Source: Sedimentisphaerales bacterium (lineage in GTDB: Bacteria; Planctomycetota; Phycisphaerae; Sedimentisphaerales; SM23-30). From it: a stretch of 64,000 bases of DNA. How positions within the stretch are numbered: position 1 is the first letter of the stretch; every line of letters begins with the position of its first letter. The notes beneath the pieces are model-generated. The model saw only the letters and a program-made list of their open reading frames with translations. It did not search any database and was not told the origin of the DNA. The position numbers and the translations under genes are program-made. Where the stretch lies: the NCBI GenBank assembly GCA_963666285.1, contig OY762711.1, one strand, 5' to 3'. Of the stretch, positions 8,726 through 19,166 are shown piece after piece.

Positions 8726-10972
8726 ATGAAAAAGTTATTATTAATTGCATTTTTAACAGGAATAATGTTTGCAGGTACGACGCAGGCTGCAATAGTTTTT
8801 GACTGGCAGTTTGATGATAAGTTGCCCGGTGAATCTTCTACCGCCGGCGAAAGAGTAATTGACAGCAGTGGCAATGGAAGAGATTTATATGCCGGGACAG
8901 ATTCAGATATGCCGGAATTTTGGTCCGGAGATCTAAGGTTTGGTGAAGGTTCTGCGATAAATCTGAGTACCGGATCAGACGAGCTTGTTTTTGAGGCAGG
9001 ACATGATTTTGGTGATGGTGGTGCTGTTGCCGGATCAGCGATTGTAATAGGTGGTACAGACAGTTTTACCATTGAAGCTGTTATTAAATTGTCACAGACT
9101 AATTTAACCAGTGGAAATCACCATGCATTAATTCAGGTACCGGCTGAAGGTGGTAAAGAAATGTTTATCAGAATTTGGGGAGGTAATCGAACTGACGGGA
9201 GAGATGGATATCTGGAATGGGTATTTGATGACGGTCCGCATAGAGTGTCTTTTACAGCACCGATAAATATGCATGATGCAAAATGGCACCATGTTGCATT
9301 TGTACGTGATTGCGATGAAAATATGGCGTATATATACGTTGACCATGAACTGCTGGCGTCCAAATATGATGGAGTTACCGAGGATATTTCCACTGCAACT
9401 CAGAATTGGTATGTGGGTTCATTCTATAACAGCAGTACCCGCGAGTTTAAAGGCAGTATTGATTTTATTCGCATGTATGATGAAGCAATGGGTCCAGCAG
9501 GTTTTACTCAAAAGATAGCCAGGGTAAATTATGATCCAAATACTCTTGATGGTGCTGTAGATATTGATCCTGAATTAGTTGAACTCATATGGGAATTGAC
9601 TGATGAACCCAATGTTACTGTTTCCGGACAATCTGTTGAACTGGCATCAGATGCTGAATTTACTGATATAATAAATTCTTTTTCACTATCTAATACTGAA
9701 ACACATGTTTATGTAAATTCATTAGATTATGGTAAGAGATATTACTGGCGTGTCAATGTTGATGGTGCCAGGGACAGTGATCCTTTTAGTAATAAAGGTT
9801 TGACATGGTGGTTCCAGACAAAATCAATAGATGAAGTTGTAGCAGGATATTGGAAATTTGATAATGGTATTTTAGGTGAAGCTGTAATTCCTGGTGAAAT
9901 GATGGTTGATTCCAGTGCAAATAACCGCCATATGGTCGCCATTCAACGTGACGGGCATCCAGCCGGCAGTTATGATACAGCATGTGCCAGCTATGGCAGC
10001 GGAGCTGCCTTCCAGACTCCGGCGGGTACTTTTGCACAATTAGAAACGGGTTACGACTTTGGTGATGGCAATATTGCCGGAACTCCTCCGGTTATGTCAA
10101 AGGCCAATGGAAATCTTACTATTGAGGCTGTTGTAAAAGCCAATACTCGTGACGATGGAGGCCATGGTGTTGTATTTTCTTATCAGCCAAGTGTTGAAGA
10201 TGATTTCTGGTATGGCTACGATAAATCACCAGCCACCTATTTCCGTGTAAATAATGATGGTAAAGTTCGCTTTACATTTTCGAACTGGACTGCCAGCAGA
10301 ACTGTTACCAGTTCTATGGATGTGCGTGATGCCTGGCATCATATTGCCGGTGTTCGTGACACAACAAGTGGTACTTTAAGTATCTATATTGACGGAGTTC
10401 TTGAAGTTCAGGATGTTGACTCTACAGTTGATGGTCAGGATTTTGTACCAAGTGGATTAGCTGCTATTGGTAATTTCTTTGCTAACACAAGTCAAACAAG
10501 AACATTTGATGGTAAAATAGATTTTGTAAAAATAACCAATGCGGCACTGACTCCGGAAGAATTTGTATTGCCGATAGAACTGCCGTCAGTTCCTGATCCT
10601 CTGGATGGAGCAACAGCGGTTCCTACATCTTATACCCTGAGTTGGAATCCTATTGCTGATGCAATAATTACTTCTGAAACTGTTGTGCTGGCATCTGATC
10701 CGTATATGACCAATGTCATTGATACAATCCCGGCTGTAAACAGCAGTGTTGAAGTTGTTGATCTTGCAGTTGAGACTGTTTACTATTGGAGAGTTGACAC
10801 TGTAGGCAGTGATGATAATGGTAGTTTCAGTCGCGAAGGAACGGTTTGGTCGTTTAGAACACCTATTTGTGTGCTTCACACAGAAGACGGTGACTTAGAT
10901 GGCAATTGCGTTGTTGATCTGGCTGACTTTGCAACCATGGCTCAGAACTGGCTCAGATCTGAATATGAATAA
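8726..10972 (+). CDS. secreted tandem LamG/ConA-like protein with dockerin-like tail
   Basis: GGAGG RBS and signal peptide; two LamG repeats (WHHVAFVRD, WHHIAGVRD), each followed by a YYWRV beta-sandwich; tail GDLDGNCVVDLADF...NWL. Confidence 0.82.
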   Translation: MKKLLLIAFLTGIMFAGTTQAAIVFDWQFDDKLPGESSTAGERVIDSSGNGRDLYAGTDSDMPEFWSGDLRFGEGSAINLSTGSDELVFEAGHDFGDGGAVAGSAIVIGGTDSFTIEAVIKLSQTNLTSGNHHALIQVPAEGGKEMFIRIWGGNRTDGRDGYLEWVFDDGPHRVSFTAPINMHDAKWHHVAFVRDCDENMAYIYVDHELLASKYDGVTEDISTATQNWYVGSFYNSSTREFKGSIDFIRMYDEAMGPAGFTQKIARVNYDPNTLDGAVDIDPELVELIWELTDEPNVTVSGQSVELASDAEFTDIINSFSLSNTETHVYVNSLDYGKRYYWRVNVDGARDSDPFSNKGLTWWFQTKSIDEVVAGYWKFDNGILGEAVIPGEMMVDSSANNRHMVAIQRDGHPAGSYDTACASYGSGAAFQTPAGTFAQLETGYDFGDGNIAGTPPVMSKANGNLTIEAVVKANTRDDGGHGVVFSYQPSVEDDFWYGYDKSPATYFRVNNDGKVRFTFSNWTASRTVTSSMDVRDAWHHIAGVRDTTSGTLSIYIDGVLEVQDVDSTVDGQDFVPSGLAAIGNFFANTSQTRTFDGKIDFVKITNAALTPEEFVLPIELPSVPDPLDGATAVPTSYTLSWNPIADAIITSETVVLASDPYMTNVIDTIPAVNSSVEVVDLAVETVYYWRVDTVGSDDNGSFSREGTVWSFRTPICVLHTEDGDLDGNCVVDLADFATMAQNWLRSEYE

Positions 10973-10995
10973 TATTTAGTTAGTGTTTAAATGCG

Positions 10996-11028
10996 GGTAG
11001 GGCGGAGGCCTGGTGTCTTCGCCCTATT
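10996..11028 (+). terminator. intra-operon stem-loop (partial terminator or mRNA stabiliser)
   Basis: GGTAGGGCGGAGGC pairs with GTCTTCGCCCTATT; U-tract is weak. Confidence 0.5.
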
Positions 11029-11057
11029 ACTTCCGTATAAAACTTTAAAAAGAAGTT

Positions 11058-12929
11058 ATGATTAATTTAAAGAATCAGTTTATGTTAACAAGATGCACTA
11101 AAATAATTATTCTGTTATTGATGCTTTTGCTGATAAATGGACAAGTTCACGCGAAACCATTATGCTATAAAACACCATATTACCAGGGGTATCAGGGGTA
11201 TCATACGTTTCGTATTCCCTCCTTGATATCAGCTACAGATGGAACTCTTTTAGCTTTTGCAGAAGGCCGCAGGTCCAGTTCAGGGGATACAGGGAATATT
11301 GACCTTGTTCTCAGAAGGAGTGTAGATTTTGGTAATACCTGGAAGGCTTTGCAGGTTGTCTGGAGTGATGGAGATAATACATGTGGAAATCCTGTTCCTG
11401 TCGTGGACCATTCTAATGGCCGTATCTGGTTATTTATGACGCATAACCTGGGCCAGGACACTCAAAGTGAAATATTTGCCGGTACTAGCGATGGTATCCG
11501 TACAATATGGTCGTGCTATAGTGATGACAGCGGTGCTACATGGTCTGTGCCTGTAAATCGCTTCAATGAAGTTCAGCCGTTAGGGACTAGATGGGATGCT
11601 ACCGGTCCTGGTAATGGAATTCAAATTGAAAATGGTTTCAATCCGGGAAGACTGGTTATTCCGGCAGAGAGTCGCAATATTCAAAGCGACGATCACGGCC
11701 TGACCTGGTATCAAAGTATGCGTACTACCAGTAATACGGGTGAAGGTGCTGTAGTAGAATTGAATTATGGTACGTTATTTCGTAATGACAGAGCTACCAG
11801 TTCGTGGAAATCATTCAATCGTAGAGTTATCTGCTATAGTTACGATCAGGGTAATAACTGGACTTCTTTGCAGATTTGTCCGGAACTCGTATGTCCAATT
11901 TGTCAGGCAAGTACGATTTCATACTTGACAGATGACAATACACGTCTTATCCTGTTTTCTAACCCGGCTGCAACAACCAGAATCCGGATGACAGTCAAAT
12001 GCAGCTATAATAATGCCAGGAATTGGCCTTTAGCTAAAATGATCTATAAAAAGGATTCTGCTTATTCATCTCTGGCTGAATTGGCAAATAATGAAGTTGG
12101 TTTGCTCTATGAAAATGGAGATGGCTGGCCGTATCATCGAATATCGTATGCAAGATTTGATCTGGATTGGATGCAGGATTCGACTGTTTTCTGTTGGGAT
12201 TTTGAAGAGTATGCTCCTGGTCAGGAAATATCGGCAAAATCCAATGCTGTATTTGACAGCCGCGGGTATGCTCTAAATGGAAAATCCAATAAAAATATCA
12301 CTGTTATTGACGGCAGCCAGACATATAATGGCACAGCAGCATTAAAATTTGACGGTATTGGTCAGAATCTAATAATAGATGATATAGATTCTAAAGATAT
12401 TCTTGATTTTGATGCAGATGAGAGCTTCTTAATTAGAGTTACTTTTCGTACAGAGGCTCATGCCGAACAGGATGCTGAATCATCAGGCTCCTTAGTCGCA
12501 AAAGATGTTGGAACTTCACAGCCATCATGGTGGTTCAGGGTGCAGGCAGGTAAACTGGTGTTCTTTGTTGATGATGGATCCGAATCAACTCTTGTTAGAA
12601 GCAACTTATTAGTAAATGATAATATATGGCACGAGGCAATAGCTTTTCGTGATTCCGAACAGAAGATTCTGCAAATTTATCTTGATGGTGTATTGAGTGG
12701 TGAGTCTCTGGACGATACTACCGGAACTTATGCTAATGATAACGATTTGGTTATAGGTAGTTTTAATGATGGCAGTCGTTCATTTATTGGAGAAATAGAT
12801 AAAGTGCAAATTGTTCGCGGTGATATGTCTGATGTGGTTCTTCTTCAGCAAGGTGACCTGAATGGTGATAATTTAATTAATATGGATGATTTGAATATTT
12901 TATTACAAAACTGGATAACATTATATTGA
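11058..12929 (+). CDS. GH33 sialidase + LamG + dockerin-like tail
   Basis: FRIP, five Asp-boxes, AYS and YENG motifs; then LamG (WHEAIAFRD) and GDLNGDNLINMDDL...NW. Confidence 0.9.
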   Translation: MINLKNQFMLTRCTKIIILLLMLLLINGQVHAKPLCYKTPYYQGYQGYHTFRIPSLISATDGTLLAFAEGRRSSSGDTGNIDLVLRRSVDFGNTWKALQVVWSDGDNTCGNPVPVVDHSNGRIWLFMTHNLGQDTQSEIFAGTSDGIRTIWSCYSDDSGATWSVPVNRFNEVQPLGTRWDATGPGNGIQIENGFNPGRLVIPAESRNIQSDDHGLTWYQSMRTTSNTGEGAVVELNYGTLFRNDRATSSWKSFNRRVICYSYDQGNNWTSLQICPELVCPICQASTISYLTDDNTRLILFSNPAATTRIRMTVKCSYNNARNWPLAKMIYKKDSAYSSLAELANNEVGLLYENGDGWPYHRISYARFDLDWMQDSTVFCWDFEEYAPGQEISAKSNAVFDSRGYALNGKSNKNITVIDGSQTYNGTAALKFDGIGQNLIIDDIDSKDILDFDADESFLIRVTFRTEAHAEQDAESSGSLVAKDVGTSQPSWWFRVQAGKLVFFVDDGSESTLVRSNLLVNDNIWHEAIAFRDSEQKILQIYLDGVLSGESLDDTTGTYANDNDLVIGSFNDGSRSFIGEIDKVQIVRGDMSDVVLLQQGDLNGDNLINMDDLNILLQNWITLY

Positions 12930-12943
12930 GGAATAGATAATTA

Positions 12944-14008
12944 ATGAACGATTTTATGAATATGTCTTTTGGAATGGGTTCTTTACCGTTACTTTCAAAT
13001 GCAAAAACACGTTCTATTTCGGCAGAAAATCCGACAGGTATGCCGGGTAATGGGGCAAAGGCTGTCCCGGGCGAGAATTCACCTGCCGGCTGGCTTGGTA
13101 AAGGATGGAAGGTTAGACCTTGTGTAGAGGTTAAAGCCGGTGAAATCTTTACGATGGCTGAAATAGAAGGTCCTGGGGTAATTCAGCACATCTGGCTTAC
13201 TACGGCAGTGAAATTTCATAGAGACATAGTAATTAGAATATACTGGGATAACGAAGAAAGTCCATCTGTGGAGTGTCCGCTAGGTGATTTTTTTGCTGTT
13301 GGTCATAGTGTTGTGTATAATGTAAATTCTCTGCCTGTTTGTGTTAATCCGACAGGTGGTTTTAATTGCTATTGGCCGATGCCTTTTCGCAAGTCGTGTC
13401 GGATAACAATTGAAAATCAACATTATGAAAATATACCGATGTTTTTTTACCAGGTTACTTATTCTTTAACTGATATTCCGGATAATGCTGCATATTTTCA
13501 TGCACAATGGCGCAGGACACGTACCACCGATTATGCCTGTCCGGAACACGTAATTGTTGATCAGGTAAAAGGCAAAGGGCAATATGTCGGAACATTTCTA
13601 GCATGGGTGCAGATGTCCGATCGCTGGTGGGGCGAAGGTGAAGTGAAGTTTTATATGGATGGTGATGGCGAGTATCCGACTATCTGTGGAACCGGAACTG
13701 AAGATTATTTCGGTGGTGCCTGGAGTTTTAAAGATACGTATTCGACCGCTTTTCTTGGATATCCTTATTGGAACAAAAAAGAAGCTTCGGTGCCAAAGCA
13801 TTCGATGTATCGCTGGCATATACCAGACCCGATCAGATTTGAAAATGAATTGAAGGTTTCTGTCCAGGCCCTTGGATGGTACCCGGGAGAAGAGAGATAT
13901 TATGAACCGCTGACTGATGATATTGCTTCGGTCGCTTATTGGTATCAGGCTGAACCTCATACTAAATTCCCTGAATTACTTGAAGCTAAGGATCGTTGGA
14001 CTCGATAA
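12944..14008 (+). CDS. DUF2961/GH172-family glycoside hydrolase
   Basis: RSISAENPTG, GPGVIQHIW, WWGEGEVKFY, GTGTEDYF, YRWH..DPIRF; no signal peptide. Confidence 0.85.
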   Translation: MNDFMNMSFGMGSLPLLSNAKTRSISAENPTGMPGNGAKAVPGENSPAGWLGKGWKVRPCVEVKAGEIFTMAEIEGPGVIQHIWLTTAVKFHRDIVIRIYWDNEESPSVECPLGDFFAVGHSVVYNVNSLPVCVNPTGGFNCYWPMPFRKSCRITIENQHYENIPMFFYQVTYSLTDIPDNAAYFHAQWRRTRTTDYACPEHVIVDQVKGKGQYVGTFLAWVQMSDRWWGEGEVKFYMDGDGEYPTICGTGTEDYFGGAWSFKDTYSTAFLGYPYWNKKEASVPKHSMYRWHIPDPIRFENELKVSVQALGWYPGEERYYEPLTDDIASVAYWYQAEPHTKFPELLEAKDRWTR

Positions 14009-14061
14009 TGTTTATAAAAGCCATATTTTGGTTATAACTAATATTTTAATAAGGATCAATA

Positions 14062-14991
14062 ATGAGTTTACGTGGTTTAATTGCGGCACCATTTACACCG
14101 ATGAAAAAAGATGGTTCAATAAATCTGGATATAATTCCGCAGTATGCAGAGTTATTAAAAGCTAATGGTGTTAGTGGAGGGTTTGTATGTGGGACAACCG
14201 GAGAAGGTATGTCCATGATAATGGAAGAAAGGATGCAGGTTGCCGAAGAGTGGTCAAAAGCCGACAGTTCCGATTTTAAGGTGATTGTCCATATTGGCTC
14301 TACAAGTATTGAAGAGAGTCGTATGTTAATGTCACATGCTGACAGGATTGGTGCTTCTGCTGTCGGTATGATGGGGCCGGGATACCTGAAACCGGATAGT
14401 GTTGATGCCCTGGTCAGCTACTGCAAAGGAGTAGCAAACGCAGCACCTGAAATGCCGTTCTATTATTATCATATGCCATCAATAACAGGGATAGGTTTTA
14501 GTATGCTGTCCTTCCTTGAAAAAGCATCTGATGAAATACCAAATCTTGCAGGTATAAAATATACTTTTGAAGATCTGATGGATTTTCATTTATGCCAAAA
14601 ATTTGATAACGGCAGGTATGATATATTATTTGGTCGTGATGAGATTCTGTTATGCAGTTTGGTTTTAGGAGCAAAGGGTGCTGTTGGCAGTACTTACAAT
14701 TTTGCGGCACCATTATATACCAGGTTGATCTCTGACTTTGAAGCTGGCGATCTCGAATCTGCCAGAACTTTACAGGGTGACGCTATGGAGGTTATAAAGG
14801 CCATAATGTCTGTATCGCCAACATATCTTCCTGCGGCAAAGTCATTAATGAAATATTTTGGAGTAGACTGCGGACCGGTTCGTTTGCCGCTAACCAATAT
14901 TAATGATATGCAATACCGTTCTTTAGTGGACAATAAAATCCTAAAGAAATTATTGGATAGCATGAAAGACTATTCATGTTTAGAAAAATAG
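14062..14991 (+). CDS. nanA: N-acetylneuraminate lyase-type aldolase (DHDPS family)
   Basis: GLIAAPFTP, GTTGEG, YYYHMP, Schiff-base Lys in GIKYT, GAVGSTYN; sialidase context. Confidence 0.8.
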   Translation: MSLRGLIAAPFTPMKKDGSINLDIIPQYAELLKANGVSGGFVCGTTGEGMSMIMEERMQVAEEWSKADSSDFKVIVHIGSTSIEESRMLMSHADRIGASAVGMMGPGYLKPDSVDALVSYCKGVANAAPEMPFYYYHMPSITGIGFSMLSFLEKASDEIPNLAGIKYTFEDLMDFHLCQKFDNGRYDILFGRDEILLCSLVLGAKGAVGSTYNFAAPLYTRLISDFEAGDLESARTLQGDAMEVIKAIMSVSPTYLPAAKSLMKYFGVDCGPVRLPLTNINDMQYRSLVDNKILKKLLDSMKDYSCLEK

Positions 14992-15049
14992 AAAAACTAG
15001 TAAGCATTTACAGGTTTCAGATTTGCGATAAAACCTGTGTTTGCGAAGC

Positions 15050-15077
15050 TTTAAAATAGGTCGCCTATGGCGGCACC
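15050..15077 (+). repeat. REP-like TTTAAAA-hairpin-ACC unit
   Basis: TTTAAAATAG-GTCGCC-TAT-GGCGGC-ACC; related units at 18927, 59378, 59515, 59615, 59892 and 60038. Confidence 0.65.
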
Positions 15078-15197
15078 ATAGCTTATTTATGCTACGCATT
15101 ACATACGTGGCTTCTTATTCATTACTGTAACCGTGAGAACGGTTACAAAAACTAATATTTATGGTAAATAAGGCTTTTTACCGAAAGGGTTTGCATT

Positions 15198-16385
15198 ATG
15201 AAAATAGAACGGTTTCAGTATAGTCGTATGTGTGTTATCGTAATAGCACAATTCCTGCTATTTACAGTTTGTTCTGGTATGTTATATGCAGATCAGCCAG
15301 GTGTATTTAATGGTCTGTATATGAATATGGGCAATCTGCCCAGGTTGTCCGATGCTAAATCCAGGTCTATCAGTCCAGAGAATTTTACAGGAGAAAAGGG
15401 CAAAGGAGCAATGGCTGTTGAGGGAACAGCATCCAAAGCCGCCCGTGATTTGGGTTTGGGTTGGAAGGTAAATCCATATATAAATATTAAATCGGGAGAA
15501 ACATTTAATTTGGCTCAAATCGAAGGTCCCGGCTCTATTCAGCATATCTGGATGACACCTACTGGTAATTGGCGATTTAGTATAATTCGTATATACTGGG
15601 ATGGAGAAGAAACACCTTCGGTTGAGTGTCCCATCGGTGATTTCTTTGCTTCCGGTTGGGGAAAATTTTCTCAGGTTTCATCCTTAGCGGTTTGTGTTAA
15701 TCCAGGTAGTGCATTTAATTGCTATTGGACAATGCCGTTTCGCAAGTCATGTACAATTACTATGACAAATATTGCAGATAAATCTATGCGGTTATTTTAT
15801 CAGATAGATTATACCTTAACCGATGTTCCTGAAGATGCTGCGTATTTTCATGCTCAATTTCGCAGGGTTAATCCGCTGCCGTATAAGGAAGTTTTTACTA
15901 TTGTTGATGATATTCGCGGCAAGGGACATTTCGTAGGCACTTATATGAGTTGGGGGGCAAATAGTTCAGGTTGGTGGGGTGAAGGTGAAATTAAGTTCTA
16001 TATGGATGGAGATAAGGAATTTCCAACTATATGTGGAACAGGAACTGAAGACTATTTTTGCGGTTCTTATGGCTTTAAAGTGAATACTGGTTCAGGTAAA
16101 AAGTATACTGAATTTTCTACTCCATATGCCGGAATGCCGCAAGTAATTTTGCCTGATGGCCAAACTCAATCTCAGACAAGATTCGGTCTTTACCGCTGGC
16201 ATATTACGGATCCTGTAAGGTTTGAGAGTGATCTTAAAATAACTATGCAGGCTTTAGGGTGGAGAGATGGTAAGAGGTATCTGCCTCTTCAGGATGATAT
16301 TTCATCTGTAGCATTCTGGTATCAGGCTGAGCCTCATAATCCGTTCCCAAAATTACCTGATAAAGATAGCCTGGAAATTAATTAG
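15198..16385 (+). CDS. DUF2961/GH172-family glycoside hydrolase, probably secreted
   Basis: Same motifs as 12944..14008 (WWGEGEIKFY, GTGTEDYF) plus a hydrophobic N-terminal signal. Confidence 0.85.
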   Translation: MKIERFQYSRMCVIVIAQFLLFTVCSGMLYADQPGVFNGLYMNMGNLPRLSDAKSRSISPENFTGEKGKGAMAVEGTASKAARDLGLGWKVNPYINIKSGETFNLAQIEGPGSIQHIWMTPTGNWRFSIIRIYWDGEETPSVECPIGDFFASGWGKFSQVSSLAVCVNPGSAFNCYWTMPFRKSCTITMTNIADKSMRLFYQIDYTLTDVPEDAAYFHAQFRRVNPLPYKEVFTIVDDIRGKGHFVGTYMSWGANSSGWWGEGEIKFYMDGDKEFPTICGTGTEDYFCGSYGFKVNTGSGKKYTEFSTPYAGMPQVILPDGQTQSQTRFGLYRWHITDPVRFESDLKITMQALGWRDGKRYLPLQDDISSVAFWYQAEPHNPFPKLPDKDSLEIN

Positions 16386-16442
16386 TCTGTTTTACTATTT
16401 CTTAGTTTTAATGTTTTTGATCAGATTTTATGTGTAATAATT

Positions 16443-18395
16443 ATGAATAAACTTCAGCCTGTTTATATTAAAAATGTTTCCATTAAAGATAGTTTCTGGT
16501 CTGGCAGGCTGGATATCAATCAGGACGTTACAATTCCTTATCAATATCAGATGTGCAGAAAAACAGGCCGGATAGATGCATTCAAGCTTGACTGGAATGG
16601 AACTGCCGCAAAAAAAACTCATATTTTCTGGGATTCTGATGTTGGGAAATGGCTGGAGGCTGTTGCTTATGTGTTAGCCTGTAAATCAGATAACCTATTA
16701 GAAAAAAAAGCTGATGCAGTAATAGATATTATTGCGGCAGCACAGCAGACAGACGGTTATCTTAATACATATTTTACTTCGGTGGAGCCGGAAAATCGAT
16801 GGACAAATTTGAGAGATAACCATGAGTTATATTGTGCAGGTCATTTGATCGAGGCAGCAGTTGCTTATTTTGAGAATACAGGCAAGGAAAAATTTTTGAA
16901 AGTTATATGCCGTTATGCCGATTATATTTGCTCTGTATTTGGTCCAGAAAAAGGCAAATTGAAAGGTTATGCCGGGCATCCGGAAATTGAATTGGCTCTG
17001 GTGAAGTTGTATAGAGTTTCAGGCTGCAAAAAGTATTTAAGCCTTGCAGTTTATTTTATCGAGCAGCGTGGCAATAAACCGGTATGGTTTGAAAAGGAAA
17101 TAGAGGCAGTACAAGATTTCACAGGTACTATCAGTGATAAGCATTATACTGCTGATTATAGTTATAATCAGGCTCATTTACCCGTTCGTTTGCAGAAAAC
17201 AGCAGAAGGTCATGCTGTTCGTGCCTGCTATTTATATTCAGCTATTGCTGATATAGCATATGAAACAGAAGATAAATCTCTTTTAACAGTATGTACAAAT
17301 ATCTGGAATGATATTGTTTCCAATAAGGTGTATGTAACCGGCGGTATTGGTTCTACTGATTATTCAGAGCGTTTTACTATTGATGGTGATTTGCCAAATT
17401 ATGAAGCTTTCAGCGAGACCTGTGCTTCAATTGCATTAGTCTTTTTTTCGCAGCGAATGTTCTACCTTACCATGGATTCCAGATATGCAGATCTTATTGA
17501 AAGGGCTCTTTATAATACAATTTGCGGTAGTGTCGGGATAGATGGAAAGTCTTTCTTTTATGCAAATGCTTTAGAGGAATGGCCTGAAAAACGTAAATAC
17601 CAGTTAAAATACCAAGGTAAAAAATATTCGCATTCTGTTCGGCAGCAGTGGTATGATACTTCCTGTTGTCCTCCTAATATAGCGCGTCTGTTTGCTTCTT
17701 TAGGAAGTTATATATACTCTAATTCCCCTTATATGTTGTTTGTAAATTTATACATATCGTCAAAAGTGACTATTAAGGTTGACGGACAGGACGTAACCTT
17801 GAACCTGAAAACAAAATATCCATATGATGGCAGGGTTTCCGTTAAAGTGGAGGTTGCTGTACCTTTAAATCATACGATTGCGTTAAGGATACCAGGTTGG
17901 TGCTCCAGGGCAGAACTAAAGATAAATGGCAGGAAAATTTCGCTGAGCAAAATTGTAAAAAAGGGTTATGTTATATTAAAAAGAATGTGGGTAAATTATG
18001 ACCATATTGAATTGAATATGGATATGCCTGTTGTATTGGTGACAGCTCATCCGAAGGTAGTTCAGGCTGCAGGCAAAGCTGCAATTCAGAAAGGTCCACT
18101 TATTTATTGTCTTGAAGGTATTGATAATAGCCGGTTTCTAAATGATATTGTTATACCGGAAGGAGTTGTATTTAAAGTGGTAAAAGGTAAAATCATATCT
18201 CAAAAAACTCAATTTATCCATTTTAATGCGTATAAAAGACTATATAGTAGTGGTTCTTTGTATAGTACCTGTGATGTAAAACTGAAAAAAGTCAAGGTAA
18301 AAGCCATACCATATTATTTAAGAGCCAATCGTAGTGATTCAGAAATGCTCGTCTGGATCAATGATGGTAGAACTAAGTATAATACTAAATTGTAA
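16443..18395 (+). CDS. GH127 (beta-L-arabinofuranosidase family) glycoside hydrolase
   Basis: FWDSDVGKWLE, HELYCAGH, GHPEIELAL, GHAVRA, ETCAS and CCPPN (Zn/Cys) motifs. Confidence 0.9.
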   Translation: MNKLQPVYIKNVSIKDSFWSGRLDINQDVTIPYQYQMCRKTGRIDAFKLDWNGTAAKKTHIFWDSDVGKWLEAVAYVLACKSDNLLEKKADAVIDIIAAAQQTDGYLNTYFTSVEPENRWTNLRDNHELYCAGHLIEAAVAYFENTGKEKFLKVICRYADYICSVFGPEKGKLKGYAGHPEIELALVKLYRVSGCKKYLSLAVYFIEQRGNKPVWFEKEIEAVQDFTGTISDKHYTADYSYNQAHLPVRLQKTAEGHAVRACYLYSAIADIAYETEDKSLLTVCTNIWNDIVSNKVYVTGGIGSTDYSERFTIDGDLPNYEAFSETCASIALVFFSQRMFYLTMDSRYADLIERALYNTICGSVGIDGKSFFYANALEEWPEKRKYQLKYQGKKYSHSVRQQWYDTSCCPPNIARLFASLGSYIYSNSPYMLFVNLYISSKVTIKVDGQDVTLNLKTKYPYDGRVSVKVEVAVPLNHTIALRIPGWCSRAELKINGRKISLSKIVKKGYVILKRMWVNYDHIELNMDMPVVLVTAHPKVVQAAGKAAIQKGPLIYCLEGIDNSRFLNDIVIPEGVVFKVVKGKIISQKTQFIHFNAYKRLYSSGSLYSTCDVKLKKVKVKAIPYYLRANRSDSEMLVWINDGRTKYNTKL

Positions 18396-18691
18396 GTTAT
18401 ATTAAAATTGTGAAGTTTTGAGAAGAAGGTTGGAATATTGTTTTGATTTTTTGGGGATATCCAACGCGTAATATTTAAGGATTGTATCTAGCAGTTTGCG
18501 GAAGAGGAACGTTCGGCATGTCTGATGGTGCGATTAATAGTAGATAATTGTAAGTGCATAAAATGATTTTCCGGCATGCCCTGGAAGAGGCGAATGGAGA
18601 ATCAATGCGGACCTGTATCTTTCAACCGTTACCCATGTCCTGATCGAACCGGTTTAAAACTCTCACTTCTCGCTTCTTTCTTCTTACTCTT

Positions 18692-18874
18692 CTCATCCTT
18701 CAGGTGCCGTTTCACGGCACCTGTCTGGTCCGCCCAAAACCCAAAAATAACAACTTACGTAAATATCCGCAAAATCCCCTCCCCACCCGCACACTTCTCC
18801 AAACCCTCCTCGCACTCATTCTTATATCCCCGCACCCTTCAATTCCATTCCGTTTTTTAACCTCTCCTTCACCC
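18692..18874 (+). repeat. about 180-bp dispersed non-coding repeat, copy 1
   Basis: Aligns end to end with 59668..59849; contains the perfect hairpin CAGGTGCCGT-TTC-ACGGCACCTG. Confidence 0.85.
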
Positions 18875-18923
18875 ATGGGAACGCTGAGCTGAATGAGATC
18901 CGCCTCAGGCGGAGCTTGGTACA

Positions 18924-19166
18924 TTATTTAAACAGGTCGCGTAGCGACACCTTTTTGACAATGAACAATACTGATTTCCAGTTATCCCAGATGCGGGATA
19001 ACCATACCCAGAATAGACGATCTGTATTTTTTATTTTAGGGCGTTTGACACTTCGCTGTAATATTATTATTTGCTGACGAAGAGCAATATTTTCAAGGAT
19101 TAGAGTTTGTTTACTTCTTACGGTAAGAAATAGTATTGTGTAAATTATTTTGTATAGTATTTTCAA
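18924..19166 (-). pseudogene. N-terminal fragment of an integrase-core (rve) transposase
   Basis: LENIALRQQ..LQRSVKRP....DRLFWVWLSRIW..W..VLFIVK resembles the N-terminus of a common rve transposase family (recalled); the ORF stops after 80 aa. Confidence 0.65.
18927..18951 (+). repeat. REP-like TTTAAA-hairpin-ACC unit
   Basis: TTTAAACAG-GTCGC-GTA-GCGAC-ACC. Confidence 0.7.

Noticed and set aside
18576..18924. short ORFs 18576..18860, 18704..18892, 18712..18924 and 59636..59896 as a protein family
   Set aside because: Their similarity comes from the DNA repeat. Starts and ends differ between copies and there are no RBS signals.
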